Below, piece by piece: positions 13,001 through 24,720 of a stretch of 64,000 bases of DNA (its first letter is position 1; each line of letters starts with the position of its first letter). The translations under genes and the position numbers were made by a program. A model generated the notes under the pieces. That model saw only the letters and a list, made by a program, of their open reading frames with translations. It had not been told where the DNA came from and ran no database searches. The DNA comes from Lama glama (lineage: Eukaryota), in assembly GCA_028534125.1 (NCBI GenBank), contig CM052816.1, positions 15,750,001 through 15,814,000 on the forward strand. Direction: 5' to 3'.

Positions 13001-16000
13001 AGTTGAAAGGAAGAAAATGGATGGTGGGGACAGGTTGCAGAAGGCTCTAAATGCCAAGCTGATCAGTGAGGACTGGATTCCCTAGGGCCAGTTTTCTCAA
13101 AGTGTGTTTCATATGCCATCTGCATCAAATATTGGGTCTGGCCTCACCCCAGAGACTGTCATTCAGAATGTCTTGGATAGGATCAGTACCCCACATTTGT
13201 AGGAAGCACCCCAATGAGCCTGTAGCAGGTGGCTGTGGAAAAATGTTGCGCTGATCAATCTCGCTGTCTTCAGACACCCCCTGCTCCATCCTGCCCTGCA
13301 CACTGCTGCCAGATGAGCCTCCAAAAGGAGAACTTGGGTTGGGTCACCTCCTTGCTCAGAAATCTTCTGTGTCCTCTCATTTCCTTGGCATGAGTTCTGA
13401 GAGCTCTAAGCTGCCTGGTTCCCACCCACTTTCCCCAGCCGTCTCTCCCATGACTCCCTCTGTGTGTCTTTTATGTCCATCACCTTGGAATGGTTATCAT
13501 TCTCTGAACCCACTCTGCCCATTCCCACTCTGTGCCATTGTCCAGGCTGTCCCATATTCCAGGGAAGTATTCCTATACTCCCATCTCATCTTTGCAACAC
13601 AAATGTTACCATGATCCTTTCATTTTAACTAGATTATCCTCTAGAATTCACCACACAGCCTTTCATAAACTTTTAGGTTAGGTAATTCTGCTGCTTGTAA
13701 ATCAGGTAACAATACTCAGCCTTGTTATGAGAGAGACACGCAGTTGGCCCAGCCTGGCACATGGTAGGAGCAAAGTAACTGAGCAGGTAGCATTTGAACA
13801 GAGCTTTCAAGCAGAGGATACAGCGGGTGGAGGTTAGTGCTGGCACGCGAGGAGCCAAATTCAGGTGGCAGTCTCTCCTGAGTTCAGTGTCCTCCCTGGG
13901 GACCCCATCAATCAGGGGCCTGCATGAGACACTGTAATGTGGGCAGAACTTGGGGGTTCTGGTCACCAACAAGCCTGGCATGCCTTGGCAGTTCAGATGG
14001 CGCCAGCTGCTCATAGTAGATGGAAACTGCTGGGCTGAATCCTCATATCAACTGGTGACCCCGAGCGAAAAGGCACCCCAACAAGTCACCCCTTCCCGCA
14101 GCAGGACAAAAGGCTGGAGAGTGAGTTCCAGCCTCTTGGGTAATGAGCTCTTAAAAATAAAATGATTGTCAGATAATTATTTTACAATGCAACAAGAGCC
14201 CCCTTGTAACCATTTCAGTAATTACATCAAGCCATCCTGTTTGTAAGAAGCTAACAGGAAACAAACCATTAATTAGCATTTTGTCTTTCCTCCCACTGTC
14301 CCTTCCCCATTGAATTACTGGGGCCTCACCCTGGGGCCAGAGAGTCAGAGTGCAACCTTGGGGGTGGAAAAGACTTGGAGATACAAGGGCCAAGGCTCAC
14401 CAGGAGGGAAGAAAGGAGATGGTGGAAGGTATCGGAGTCTTTGTGACTCTGGTGTAACCAGCCCCAGGGCCTCCCCTGGCCTAGGGCCCCCCCCACCAGG
14501 GGCTGGACTGTGTGGCTCTGTGTCCGCTCTCCTAGACCTGGAGTGGAGCAGCCAGTCACTGCGAGGCAGGCTGAGCCCAACGTGGGCATGTTCCCAGGGG
14601 CCTCAGAGCCTGTGGGTGGGGCAGGCACCTGGGCAAACAGAACTGAGAAACGGGCAGGAATGAATCAAGGACAGCTTAAATATGCAGAAATGCAGCTCAT
14701 ACCTCCAGGCAAAAATAATCCCAAACAGAGTTATGTAATGGATTGGAGAACTGTGATGGGAGGGATGAGGCTGCGAGGTACATGCGGGTCTGAGTGAATG
14801 AGGGAGAGTGAGAGAAAGAATATCTATATAGTGGGAGGATCCTGGGGGATTGAACAGAAAAGCTCACGAAGCTGTTGTCTTCAGGGTGGGTGTGCATGTG
14901 TCTACACGTGCATTTTGCGGAGGGGGTGTCATTCTTTGTGGAACCCCAGAAAGCAGCTAGAGGAAGGGAGCTCTAAGTGGGACTGAGTTCCAGGCCCAGG
15001 GTGGCCTGAAGCCCCCTCCAAATGTGTGGGCCCTGATGCTGAGGTGGAAGGGAAACAGAAATGGCCAGAAGGCCTAGGTGTGGAGTGTGAGGCATCCTGG
15101 TTGCCTTTATAAGTCAGTGCACCTCCCTCTGACATCCACACTCCCATCCACAACTCGCATCCCACCTCCAACCCCTCCTGCTAATTGGAACCTTCCCTTC
15201 CATTCTAAGAAGCCCACCTTGACCAATCACCCCAGGTCACACTCATTCTCTCCCCAAGGAATTTCTGGGATATTTAGTCTGATCATCTCGTAGGACACTG
15301 TCCATAAATTGCTGCTGCTGTCTTATGGTGTGATTTTTGTCCATCTGAGAAAGTTATCCTCCCTCTAAACCATGAGCTCCTGAGGACAGGACCTTTGCGT
15401 CCAGGATGCCTGTCACAGAGCAGGCGCTGAGCCATCCATGTCTGACTCTAAGGAGCACGCAAAGCAAGGCAGAGGGGAGGACACAAAGGCTCTGCTGCTG
15501 GGGATCCCCTCAGGCAGCTGAGCTATTGAAGCTGGTGGCCCAGAGGTGAGCCCCAAGGACTATGGGATGGGGTGGGTGGGGTTGGAGCTGCAGATTGATT
15601 TGGGGGAAGTCTGTGTATAAAAATACATCAAGGAAGCCCTTGACTGGACATCATTCAGAACCCAGAACAACGTGGGTAATTAGACCAAGGCTTGTGGTGG
15701 GCACTTCACTGACCACGGTTTTCAGAGCCCACTGCTTCAGAGTGAGTTGGGGAGGGAGTCAGATTCACCAGAAGCCTGGGTGTGACTGGGACAGGGTGTA
15801 GCAAACAGATTCAGAGGGGAGTATGGGTGCAAGAGGGCCACTGAAGTCACCAGCGCTGACATCCTCCTCCTCATTGTTACGATGCTGGGAGGAGGGTGGC
15901 TGATGCGCTGCTATGGCCCTTGGTAGACTGCAAGGGAGTCTGCAGTATCCAATGCAGGTACAAGCGCTCAGAGCTCCTGAGGCCATGTGCACGCTTGCTG

Positions 16001-16189
16001 GTTCACATGGGCATCCCCATGTACACCCACGGGCTGGGCTTACACGAGGAGAGTTTTCCAGAAACCAGTGATTGACCTTCCAAAGGTGGGAGGGAAGCTG
16101 CTAGAGAGTCAGCTCTAAGGGCAACAGCTGATGGCAAGGGGTGAAGTTCCCAGAGATGGGAACGTATTTGGAGACTCAGGCTCTTCTTC

Positions 16190-16218
16190 GAAGGTTTATT
16201 GCTAGAAGGTTTATTGCT
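16190..16218 (+). repeat. Short tandem duplication (period 15)
   Basis: gaaggtttattgct-a-gaaggtttattgct. Confidence 0.85.
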
Positions 16219-16723
16219 CCTGGTTTCCCTTGGTTCACAGGTAAGCACATATTGAGGCCCAGAGGGAAAATCTGACTTCCCTAGAAACCACCAGAAAAAA
16301 ATCTGGCCAAGCTGAAAGGAGAACTTGTGTTTCCTGGCCCTGTCTTGATATCATTTCTACTTGAAATATGTAGATTCTGCTCTGGGGTGAATTATGGGAC
16401 TCACAGCTCCAAGGAGCTCCAAGAGCCAACTGCCCAGAAGTTTTCATGGTTCTTGCTTTATAGTTAGTGCTGGGACCATCATAAGCTGTGAATAGGGGCT
16501 CTGAGGAGAAGCAAAGTGGTGATTTAGGGCAGTAAGAAGAAAGAAAATAGGGCCAGAGTTGGGTCTTCAGGGTCCTTGAGGCCTGCCACAGCCACCATGA
16601 AATTAGCATCTGTGAAGCTGCCCATTGGGAACTCCTACGAGGGCCACGTCTGGCCTGTAAAGCAGCAGACGAGGCCAGGGAAGCTGGGCTGTGGTCCCAG
16701 CAGCAGCCAAGCCTGGGGTGGCA

Positions 16724-16756
16724 GGGCTGGGCTGGGCAGGGCTGGGCTGGGCAGGG
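16724..16756 (+). repeat. (GGGCW)n pentamer run with seven GGG tracts
   Basis: gggctgggctgggcagggctgggctgggcaggg read directly. Confidence 0.9.
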
Positions 16757-19700
16757 CTGAGAGAGAGAAGAGAATTTTTTGCCTCCAGGCTCACAAATGC
16801 CTATATTGGGCAAGGCCTCTTGTTTCCTTGGGTGGTAACCAAGAGTCTCTCCAAATTTGCCAGCCTCGCTTGAATTCCCTCTGCCTAGAGAGGGACTGCA
16901 GCCTTCTAGAGGAGCCCCCTCAGTCCTCAAGGGGACTGGAAAGGATGCTGGCCCCTCCAGCCTGACCTCCCAGCGTGGATGGAGAGATGTGAGCCAATTC
17001 CATGTAAGAAGGCTGGCTCCTCGTTACCCTGGCTACACTAGGAGAGGACCGGCAGGGCGAGGGATAGTTACTTCTGGGAATCATGGGTTGCTAATCCATA
17101 CGGTCATTGCATCGCCCAGATGGTGTAGACAGTAGCTAAGACCTTGCACATGGTCCCCACAGCCCCTAGGCCAGCAGACAAGTCGTTATGCCGTTATATA
17201 ATGTACTCTCACAGAGCTTGGTGTGTAAGTGCCAGTTACTATTATAGCTGGGTAATTATGCAGTTAGTTTGAAGGAGGAGGCAGGCGGAAGGACTGAATC
17301 ACCCCCCCACACACCCTGGGAAAGGTAGACAGGCTCCCACCTCTCACCCCGGGGAGAAGTGGGGCTCTGGGTCACACAAGATGAAGTGCCAAAGTCTTCC
17401 AGGTGTTTCCATGCAGACAGGGCAATTTGCCCCAAGGCCATGCCCTGGAAGAGCGTGGCAGCAGGAATCCAGGACGGCATAGCCTCCTGCAGCAGGGCCT
17501 GACCCGTGGGCCCCAGGCTTTCTGCCAGCCCGATTCCCTCCCTGCAGCCCAGGAGAAGTAACTCAGAGGGCTTCTGCCGGGCCAAGAGGCCACCGAAGGA
17601 AAGGGCTGAGGGGAAGCGTGCAGCTGGGAGAAGGGCTTGTGGACCAAGGACATCTCTTCCCCATCTGTTGGTCTGGGCGCCACTCACCTCTCTGCCACCG
17701 GCCTCCTCCCCTCTTGCTGGCAAACATGGAACCCTTAGGTTCCTGTCATGCAAGGATCTCTCTATCCAATCTCGCATTTTCCACATGGGAAGGCAGAGAG
17801 GGAAAGGGACTTGCCCAAGGGCACCCAGCAGAGTAACACTGGAAGTAAGCACCTGGCCCAAATCCCTCTGGCCTCACACTTCTTTGTCATCTTGCTTACA
17901 CCCCGGCCCCCCCTCATCACCGGGCCTGCTGGAGGCTCTCACTTCCTCTCTCCATCCTGCTTCTAGCTCTGCCCAGGCCTGCCAGTCGCCTCACCTCTCC
18001 TCTGGTTTCCTCTCCCATTGTGGCCTTGGCTTTCTTCTCCCGGCCCCTGGAGCCAGGGGACTCTCCCCACCCTCTCGTTGGCCAATGCTTTCTTCTCTTT
18101 CGTAGGCCCCTCAGCTTGTCCTGGGGCTCCTCCTGGGATGGGCCTGCCCCTTCCCTTCCACCTCCTTCTCTCTCCAGAGAGGGTCTGAAACAAAGGAGAA
18201 ACTCCTGAGCTGGAGTGTGAATTCTGTCCTGGGCTTGGGTTTGGGTGGGCTGAGGCAGAAAGAACCTTCTAAATGATGGGAGTGGAAACAGGGGTACCCA
18301 CCCATCAGCCCTCCCAGCTGGACCCAGCTCCAGCTCTGGAACAGCTGACCTGTGTCCCATGGAAGCCAAGGGGAAGGGGATGGGTCAAAAGGGCACGGCA
18401 GGGAAGTGTGGCCCTGTACCTTGGTACTGTTGGCGTGGGTATTTGAGCCTAGGGAGCTGCCCAAGGTCGGGCCCTTTTCAAATGTCCTCATTTCTGGAAG
18501 ATTAGAAATGCATTTCCTCCTCCACTTAGTGAAATCTCTGTGAGAAAGTCCTGCGGACCACCCCCCCACACACACACTTTTTTTTTAAGGGGAAATCAAG
18601 TCATATTCAGAACATGACAGTCTAAAGAGGATTGGTTTGCAGCCTGGCTGGGATGACTGATTTCAGTCTTCTTTGCGGTACCAGGGCTTAGGGAAGTTCG
18701 TGCACCTCAACGTTGGTGTGAGGGTACGTGCTGAGTGGGCAGGCACAACTTGGAGGGGAAGAGCCGGGGTTTACAGGGCTGTGTGTGGCTCCAGAGGCAT
18801 TCTCACCTGGCAACCAAGTGCTTTTCGACAATGATCTTGACTGTCTTTCTCCTTCAAATCCCCCAGGTTCCTGTGGCCTTCCCAGATGGAGAGATCTGGG
18901 GGCACTGGGGGCATTTCTCCCCGTTTTGTAGCCTGAGCCCCTGGTGACCTGGAAAGGGATCTTCTCAGAGTAACCTAATCTCAGGGGCAGAACTGGGCCC
19001 AAACCCAGGTGTCCTAGCATCGAACCCAGCCCCTTGTTGTCCAAACTGCAGTTCCCTTCTTTTTGCCTGGTTCTCTGCAGGCCATCAGAGGAAGGTGGGG
19101 GCATGAGTGAGCCTATGTGAGAGAAGAAATCAATCGTGGCTCATTGGGTTGCTGAAGCTCCAGGCCAGGCTCAGGTCCTGGGAGAGGCGCTCTCTGGGCC
19201 TGGTGAGCTGGGACTGGCCCCCAGGTGCTCCTCAGGGCACGCCTGGCTCTAGCCAGGATCCCACTGTCTCCAGGAGTCATGGGGTAACGGGCTTCCCAGG
19301 CCCTTGCATAATCCTCCAGGGTGACTGGGAATTTCTCTGGTCCTGCAGGGAGTGGCATTGATCTATTTCCTCCCCTGGCAGCCTCACTGGGTGGGAGTGA
19401 GGGAGAGGAGCCTTGTGACTTGGAGGCACTAAAATGGGGGAGCTAAATAAGGGTAGCCTCATCCTCCTCAAGGACTTTTAACTCCCAGGTGAACATGCTC
19501 AGGGGTGCCCTTTCCTGGGGCTGGAGGTGGCCCTAAGGACTCTCCCTGGCCTGAGGTCACTGATGCTCTCCTGGAGGATCCCATCCTTCTGTGAGTCCCC
19601 GAGACCCCTTTCCAGGAGCATTTTACAGGTAATCCTCTTGGAGCCCCAAAGTCTCAGATGGGGGGAAGGGTAGTTTTTTTCCCCCCTTTTCACTCAAAGG

Positions 19701-20394
19701 CATTTTTGCACATGACTCAAACAAGTCTAAACTTTGCTGAACTTCAAAGTTTGCCCATGGCACAGCCTCAAAGCGGAGGGGAAAATATTAAAAAGGAAAA
19801 AAAAAGTTTGTAAGCCAGTTAAACATTGTGTTTTTGCTCCTTAAAGGAATTGAATTAACTTGTTATGTTACTATTAGTGTCCCATTGTGAAACCAGGGTG
19901 GGCAAGAGGATTCTTTTCTGGGTGATGCGGTCTCTGGACCTGTCCCCAGGTTCAGCTCACTCCCACATGAGGTTGTACGGGGCATTGCACAACCTGTGGT
20001 AAGAGGAAGGCATTCCTATGGCAACAGCCCTGGCCCCCAGGGTCATTTTCAGACTCCTGGCAGAAACACTTGTCCAGGTGGGGGGGTGCTCTGAGTGCCT
20101 GCTGTCCTACCCGCCCCCCCCCACAAGAAGCCCCTTGCTTCAGGAGCTGTGAGGTCGGGGCAGTGGGAGCCCTGCGGGCACACCTAGTGGTGCCGAGTGG
20201 CTCTCTTCCACCTGCTCATGACCAAGGCACTGAGCAGCCGTCACAGGGCTGTGGGGACTGTACTGGGCCCGAGGCCAGCGAGCGGCCTTGAAGAGGCCCT
20301 TTCCCTCCTTGCTCTCCTTTCCCGCATTTTCTTAAGCTCCACCATGGAGCCACGCTAGAGTCTGGGCTCTGGGCACTGAGCTGCATGGGTGCCT

Positions 20395-20545
20395 TCCCCC
20401 TGCTCTGCCTCTTACTAGTTGCCTGACTTGGACAAATAAAAAGAACTCCTCCTCTCTGTGCCTCAGTTTCCTCCTCTGCAAAATGGAGATAATGGTAGAC
20501 CTACTCCATACTGCTGTTGGAAGGAATGAAGTGAGTTAATACTTA
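20395..20545 (+). mobile_element. MIR SINE
   Basis: ctctctgtgcctcagtttcctcctctgcaaaatggagataat MIR core. Confidence 0.75.
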
Positions 20546-21526
20546 ATGCAAGCTGCTCTTACTACTAATATTTTCAACGTCTTTGCCCCTGGTTCAGGCC
20601 CTCCTTACCTGACCTTTGCAATGTTAGAGCCTGGCACACAGTAGGCTCTATTTAAAAAATAGATATTGAATGGTTGACCTGCTTAACTGGTTCGCTTGCC
20701 TCTATTCCCTTCCCTTTCCCGTCCAACCTGCACACTCCAGTCAGATGAATTTCTCTAATGCTCGTGTCACTCCCTGTCTCAAGAAATCATCAGTGAATTC
20801 CCCTCATTTACAAAAGCCTCAGCCCGCTAGTCAGAATGCATCTCTGGCCTGCGTACAGCAGGGGAGCGAAATGGGGAAGAGGCCCTAGTGAAAGGTGGCT
20901 ATGTGTCCTTGCTTTGCAGCTTCCCAGGTGCATGACTTTGAATGAGCAATCTCATCATTCTTAGTGTCTGTTGCCTCTTCTGTAGGACAGGGATAATGAC
21001 TGAACCTACCCAGCCAGAGTGTTGTGGACATTGCAAGAAATAACGTGTATAACGTGCTCAGCGCTGTGAGCCCTGGTGCACACCAGGCGCCCAGGAAGTG
21101 TGAGCCAGGTTAACTGCCAGTAGCGCCCGTAGATTCCTAACAGAAACCTGGTCTGCTCACTGTCTCCTGAGCCAGTGCCCAGGTCATTGCTGTACCTCAT
21201 CCACTGGAACCCCTTGGAGGACCTCCTTCAAACCCCATCTCCCTGAGTTCCTGTGGCACTTCCGACTCGAATCTTGCATGGATACTGAACCAGGAGAGCT
21301 CTGCCCAGGAGAAGGTACCTCCAGCAGGCTACAGGCTCCCACTTGGAGCCGTTTCGTCTTGCTGCTGCCCATGTATTCTTCACTAGCAGGAGGGGGGTCA
21401 CTGATCTGTCCCCCGGGACCTACTGACCACCTCCCGTGTGCCAGGTGCTGGGCTCCTGGCCCTAAAGGGGCCTGACTCTAGTGAGGGAGACAAAGGTAGA
21501 AACTAAAAACTAAGAGATGTGTTCTT

Positions 21527-21659
21527 TAAATTTTTTAATTTGGGGAGTAGGAGTAATTAGGTTTACTTATTTATTTTTAATGGAGATACTGGGGACTGAA
21601 CCCAGGACCTTGTGCATGCTAAGCACACAGTCAACCACTGAGCTCTACCCTACCTGCCC
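21527..21659 (-). mobile_element. tRNA-derived SINE of camelid type
   Basis: Reverse complement reads gggtagagctcagtggttgactgtgtgcttagcatgcacaaggtcctgggttcagtccccagtatctccattaaaaataaataagtaaacctaattac, with A-box, B-box and AT-rich tail. TSD gatgtgttctt (21516-21526) / gatgtgtcctt (21660-21670). Confidence 0.85.
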
Positions 21660-22194
21660 GATGTGTCCTTATAGATATGTATTAAAAGTACTAAGGAAAC
21701 AGAGAATCTAATCATTGCCCTCTCCCGTCTCTCACATAAACTACTTCAAAAGTTTTGGAAGCAGACCATTGCTCTTAGGATAATCACCAATGCCATTACC
21801 AGGCCTACAGTGTCCTGCTTGGTCTGACCCCTGCTTGCCTCCTGTCCAGGGTCCTTCCACACACGTGAGCCACCACACACACACACCTTACATGCAGCCG
21901 TACACCCCCCATATACACACTCAGTTACATATACCCATGCTGTCTTTTGGTTTTGCAAAAGCGCAAAAGCTCCTTTCTGCCCCACAGCCATTGGATATAC
22001 TGTTTCTTCTGCCCAGAGTGCTCTTCCCCACCTCCCTTTAGTCTGGCCAACTTCTGCTCATTCTTTGAATCCCAGTTTAAATATTTCCTAGGGAAAGACT
22101 TTCTTCACTACAGTCTGTTTCCTCTATCAACCTGTATGTCAACATACAGAAATATCTGTTGAGTGAATGTCTCAATATTTAACACAAATTTTAA

Positions 22195-22340
22195 TTAATT
22201 CATTATTTGTGTAATTAGTTGTTTGTCCATCCCCACCAAGACTGTCATCTTCATGTCAGTAGGCCCATTGTTTGTCTTGCTCACAGCCAATCCCCAGCAC
22301 ATAGCACTGGGCCTGAAACAATGTCTTACTACATATTTGC
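22195..22340 (+). mobile_element. LINE-2 3' end
   Basis: gtcttgctcacagccaatccccagcacatagcactgggcctgaaaca...catatttgctaaatgattgaa. Confidence 0.6.
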
Positions 22341-23989
22341 TAAATGATTGAACAGAGAGGTTGGCCAGGCCAGGCAGGGAGGAAGGGAAGGGGGGGAAGA
22401 CCATTCTGGGAAGAGAGATTAGTCCGTGCAAAGATATGGAGAGGAGACAATGTGGTGTGTTTGGCTTGTAGGTAAATGTGGCTAAGGCACAGGATTAGAG
22501 GCTAGAAGGCTTTGAGCTGGGACCCAATGGAATAGAGCTTTGGCTATCAATGAAGAGCTTAGGTTTAACTCATAGGCAACAGTGAGTAAAGGGATCTGGT
22601 TTGTGTTTTAGCAAGCTCACTCTGATGGCCTTGAGGAGGTCAGAACTGAGAGGGCAAGACTTCAGGCAAGGAGACCAGAGTCTGTGGGACAGGAGGAAAG
22701 TGTAAACTGAGGCAGTGACCGAATGGCTGGGGAGGGATGGATGTGAATGCCAATCAATTTGGAAGCTGAGTGAGTAGGATTTTGGAGCAGGAGTGAGCCC
22801 TGGAGTCTGGCTCTGCCCAGGACCCCTGCTGGCCACCACCTCACAGAGAGCAATACTACATGAATTGAAGGGAGTGCTCACTGTACCTGAGTTGGGATGT
22901 GGGAGATCTCTTACACTCTACCTTCCCAAAGCTAACCCCTGATGGGACAGGCTTGAGGCCCCAAGAGACTGGAGATGAGCCCTCTGCGTGGGCACCGCCT
23001 GCATCTTCTCTCTTTCCGTGTCCACCCCCACCCCCTGCCCCCAGTTTGGCCTCAAGTTCTGGCCAGGCCCCGAGGCAGCCCTGGAGCCTCAGAGTCCCTG
23101 GCCTTGACCCAGAGTTCTAGCCTGCTCCAGGCCCTCCTAAGGAGGACACTATCCAGAGAAGCCTTGGGACCCTCTCCTGAGGAGGCAGAGGACTGGCTGA
23201 GATGATCTTTGACTCGGATTCCAGTTGGGATGGCTGTAAGGGGACACCTCAGGCAGAACGAGGCAGGCAAACCGCAGGCTCAGGCTTTCTGGGAGCCAGA
23301 AGAGGGAGAGCCTTTGCTATGTAACCCTTTCAGCACCACACCCAGGCAGGAGGCAGGACGCTGTCCTTTCTGGCAGTCCTTGTCCATTGGCTTGTGAGAG
23401 ACGTGCTACGGGGGAGGGGGCGGGGGAGGTCCAGTGTCTGAATTCACCATCAGAGACCTTGAAGAGAAGAGCCAGCTGGTGCTGGCAGCCTGGGCTGTCA
23501 GTGTGTGTGGGAGGGGGCGCTACTAGCCACCTGGGGCACCCAGGTTTCTCTCAGGCTGCAGCCCGCCCTGGCTGGGAGAGGTTCCTGGGCCAGAGACCCC
23601 TGCAGCCAAGCACAAATGGTGCTTGCATAAAAGATTTTCCCCCAGTTGGTGGCATCCCACGGGGTGGTGGCCAGACCTTCAGGGTTGAGCAGACTCAGGC
23701 AAACTGCCCGTAGGGTCGGGGCGGGCCGACAGAGCTGGTGGGGACACGAAGCAGTGGAGACAGACTGCAAAAAACGAGAGTGCTTCCTACTCTGCTAGGC
23801 TGGCCAGTGGGCTTCATTTCGGTCCCTTTCTGGGCCCTGCTCTCGCTGTCTCCCCACCCCCATGCTGTCCTCAGCCTGGCCCTCGCTGGGGGATCTCTAC
23901 TCCCCCTCCCCAGTCACGGCTCAGGCCCCCGGCCCAGCTCCAATCCCCTCCCCGGCTAGGAGGACTGTGGCGCTCCATCTGGGCGCTGG

Positions 23990-24720
23990 TCCTGCCTCCC
24001 TCGGTGGGCCCGAGGAGGGGTCCAGGGCCAGGCCCGGCCGCCCGCGGCGCCCGCAGCAGGGCGGGTGCGGGGGGGGCGAGGGCGGCGGGCGCGGGAGGGG
24101 AAGAGTTAAGGCTCGCTGCTCCCCTCCCCCGGAGGGTGTGACCGCCTATAAGAAAGGCGCCGCGCTCGGGCAGCGGGGCTGCAGGCGGCGGGGGCGCAGC
24201 GCGGCGGCGGAGAGCTCAGGCCGTCCCTGCCTCCCGCGCCTCGCGTCCGTCCCACCGCCTGGATCCCCGGGCAGAATGTCGGAGTCCAGGAGGAAGGGCC
24301 GAGGCCGCGGCAAGAAGCACCGAGAGGGGAAGAAGAGGGGGCGCGAGCGGGAGCCCGAACCCGGGGAGAAAGGTAGGGCACCTCTGCGCGCCTAGACACC
24401 CGTTTCTCCGGGAGAAACCTGCCGCCCGCTCGCCCGCCCCCAGCGCTGCGAGTCCGGGGCTGTGTGAGCAGCCGCCGAGGTGACAGGCACCGAGGGGCGC
24501 GAGTGCCTGCGTGCGAGCGGGTCTCCGTGGCTGGCGGGCAAGGGACTACGCACCCGGAGCTGATCGGTGGCTGTGCGCCCCTAACCCCGGGCCGCAGCGT
24601 CCGGACGGAGGGGGCGGGAAAGAGGCGCAACCCGCGTGGACCGGCCTGCAGGAGAGGAGTCCCCAGCGAGGGGCGGATTAGGGCCGGGGGCGAGGACCGA
24701 AAGACAGCAGACGGACAGAC
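23990..24720 (+). promoter_or_regulatory. NRG2: Intragenic CpG island / internal promoter of NRG2
   Basis: Abrupt, very GC- and CpG-dense segment in an otherwise CpG-depleted window. GC-box-like GGGCGG motifs at ~24059-24090 and TATA-like TATAAGAA at 24147-24154, about 130 nt upstream of the ATG at 24276. Boundaries estimated by eye. Confidence 0.85.
24276..24372 (+). CDS. NRG2: NRG2 alternative first coding exon (MSESRRKGRGRGKKHREGKKRGREREPEPGEK, phase-1 end)
   Basis: ATG with A at -3 (gcagaATG) inside the CpG island, then 32 codons and donor AAG|GTAGGG. The leftover G joins CC at 41220 to give Ala in frame with the Ig exon. Resembles the NRG1 type-I N-terminus and the short NRG2/Don-1 N-terminus as I recall them. 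Confidence 0.88.

Noticed and set aside
16680..16760. GGGCT/GAGCT-like pentamers resembling an immunoglobulin switch region
   Set aside because: Only about 35 bp long, whereas switch regions span kilobases, and the locus is NRG2.
16235..16930. Longest ORF in the track (231 aa, minus strand) with QPCPA repeats
   Set aside because: The repeats are just the translation of the GGGCW pentamer run. No recognisable domain or splice structure; long chance ORFs are common in GC-rich intron.
21585..21659. tRNA-like sequence on the minus strand
   Set aside because: It is the head of a SINE with tail and TSD, and no intact cloverleaf or acceptor stem is evident.
23862..24275. Upstream in-frame extension of the alternative first exon (ORF 23862..24395)
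   Set aside because: Its ATG lies upstream of the TATA-like box, and the extension is low-complexity G/R/P sequence expected from a stop-poor CpG island. ATG 24276 fits the known type of N-terminus.
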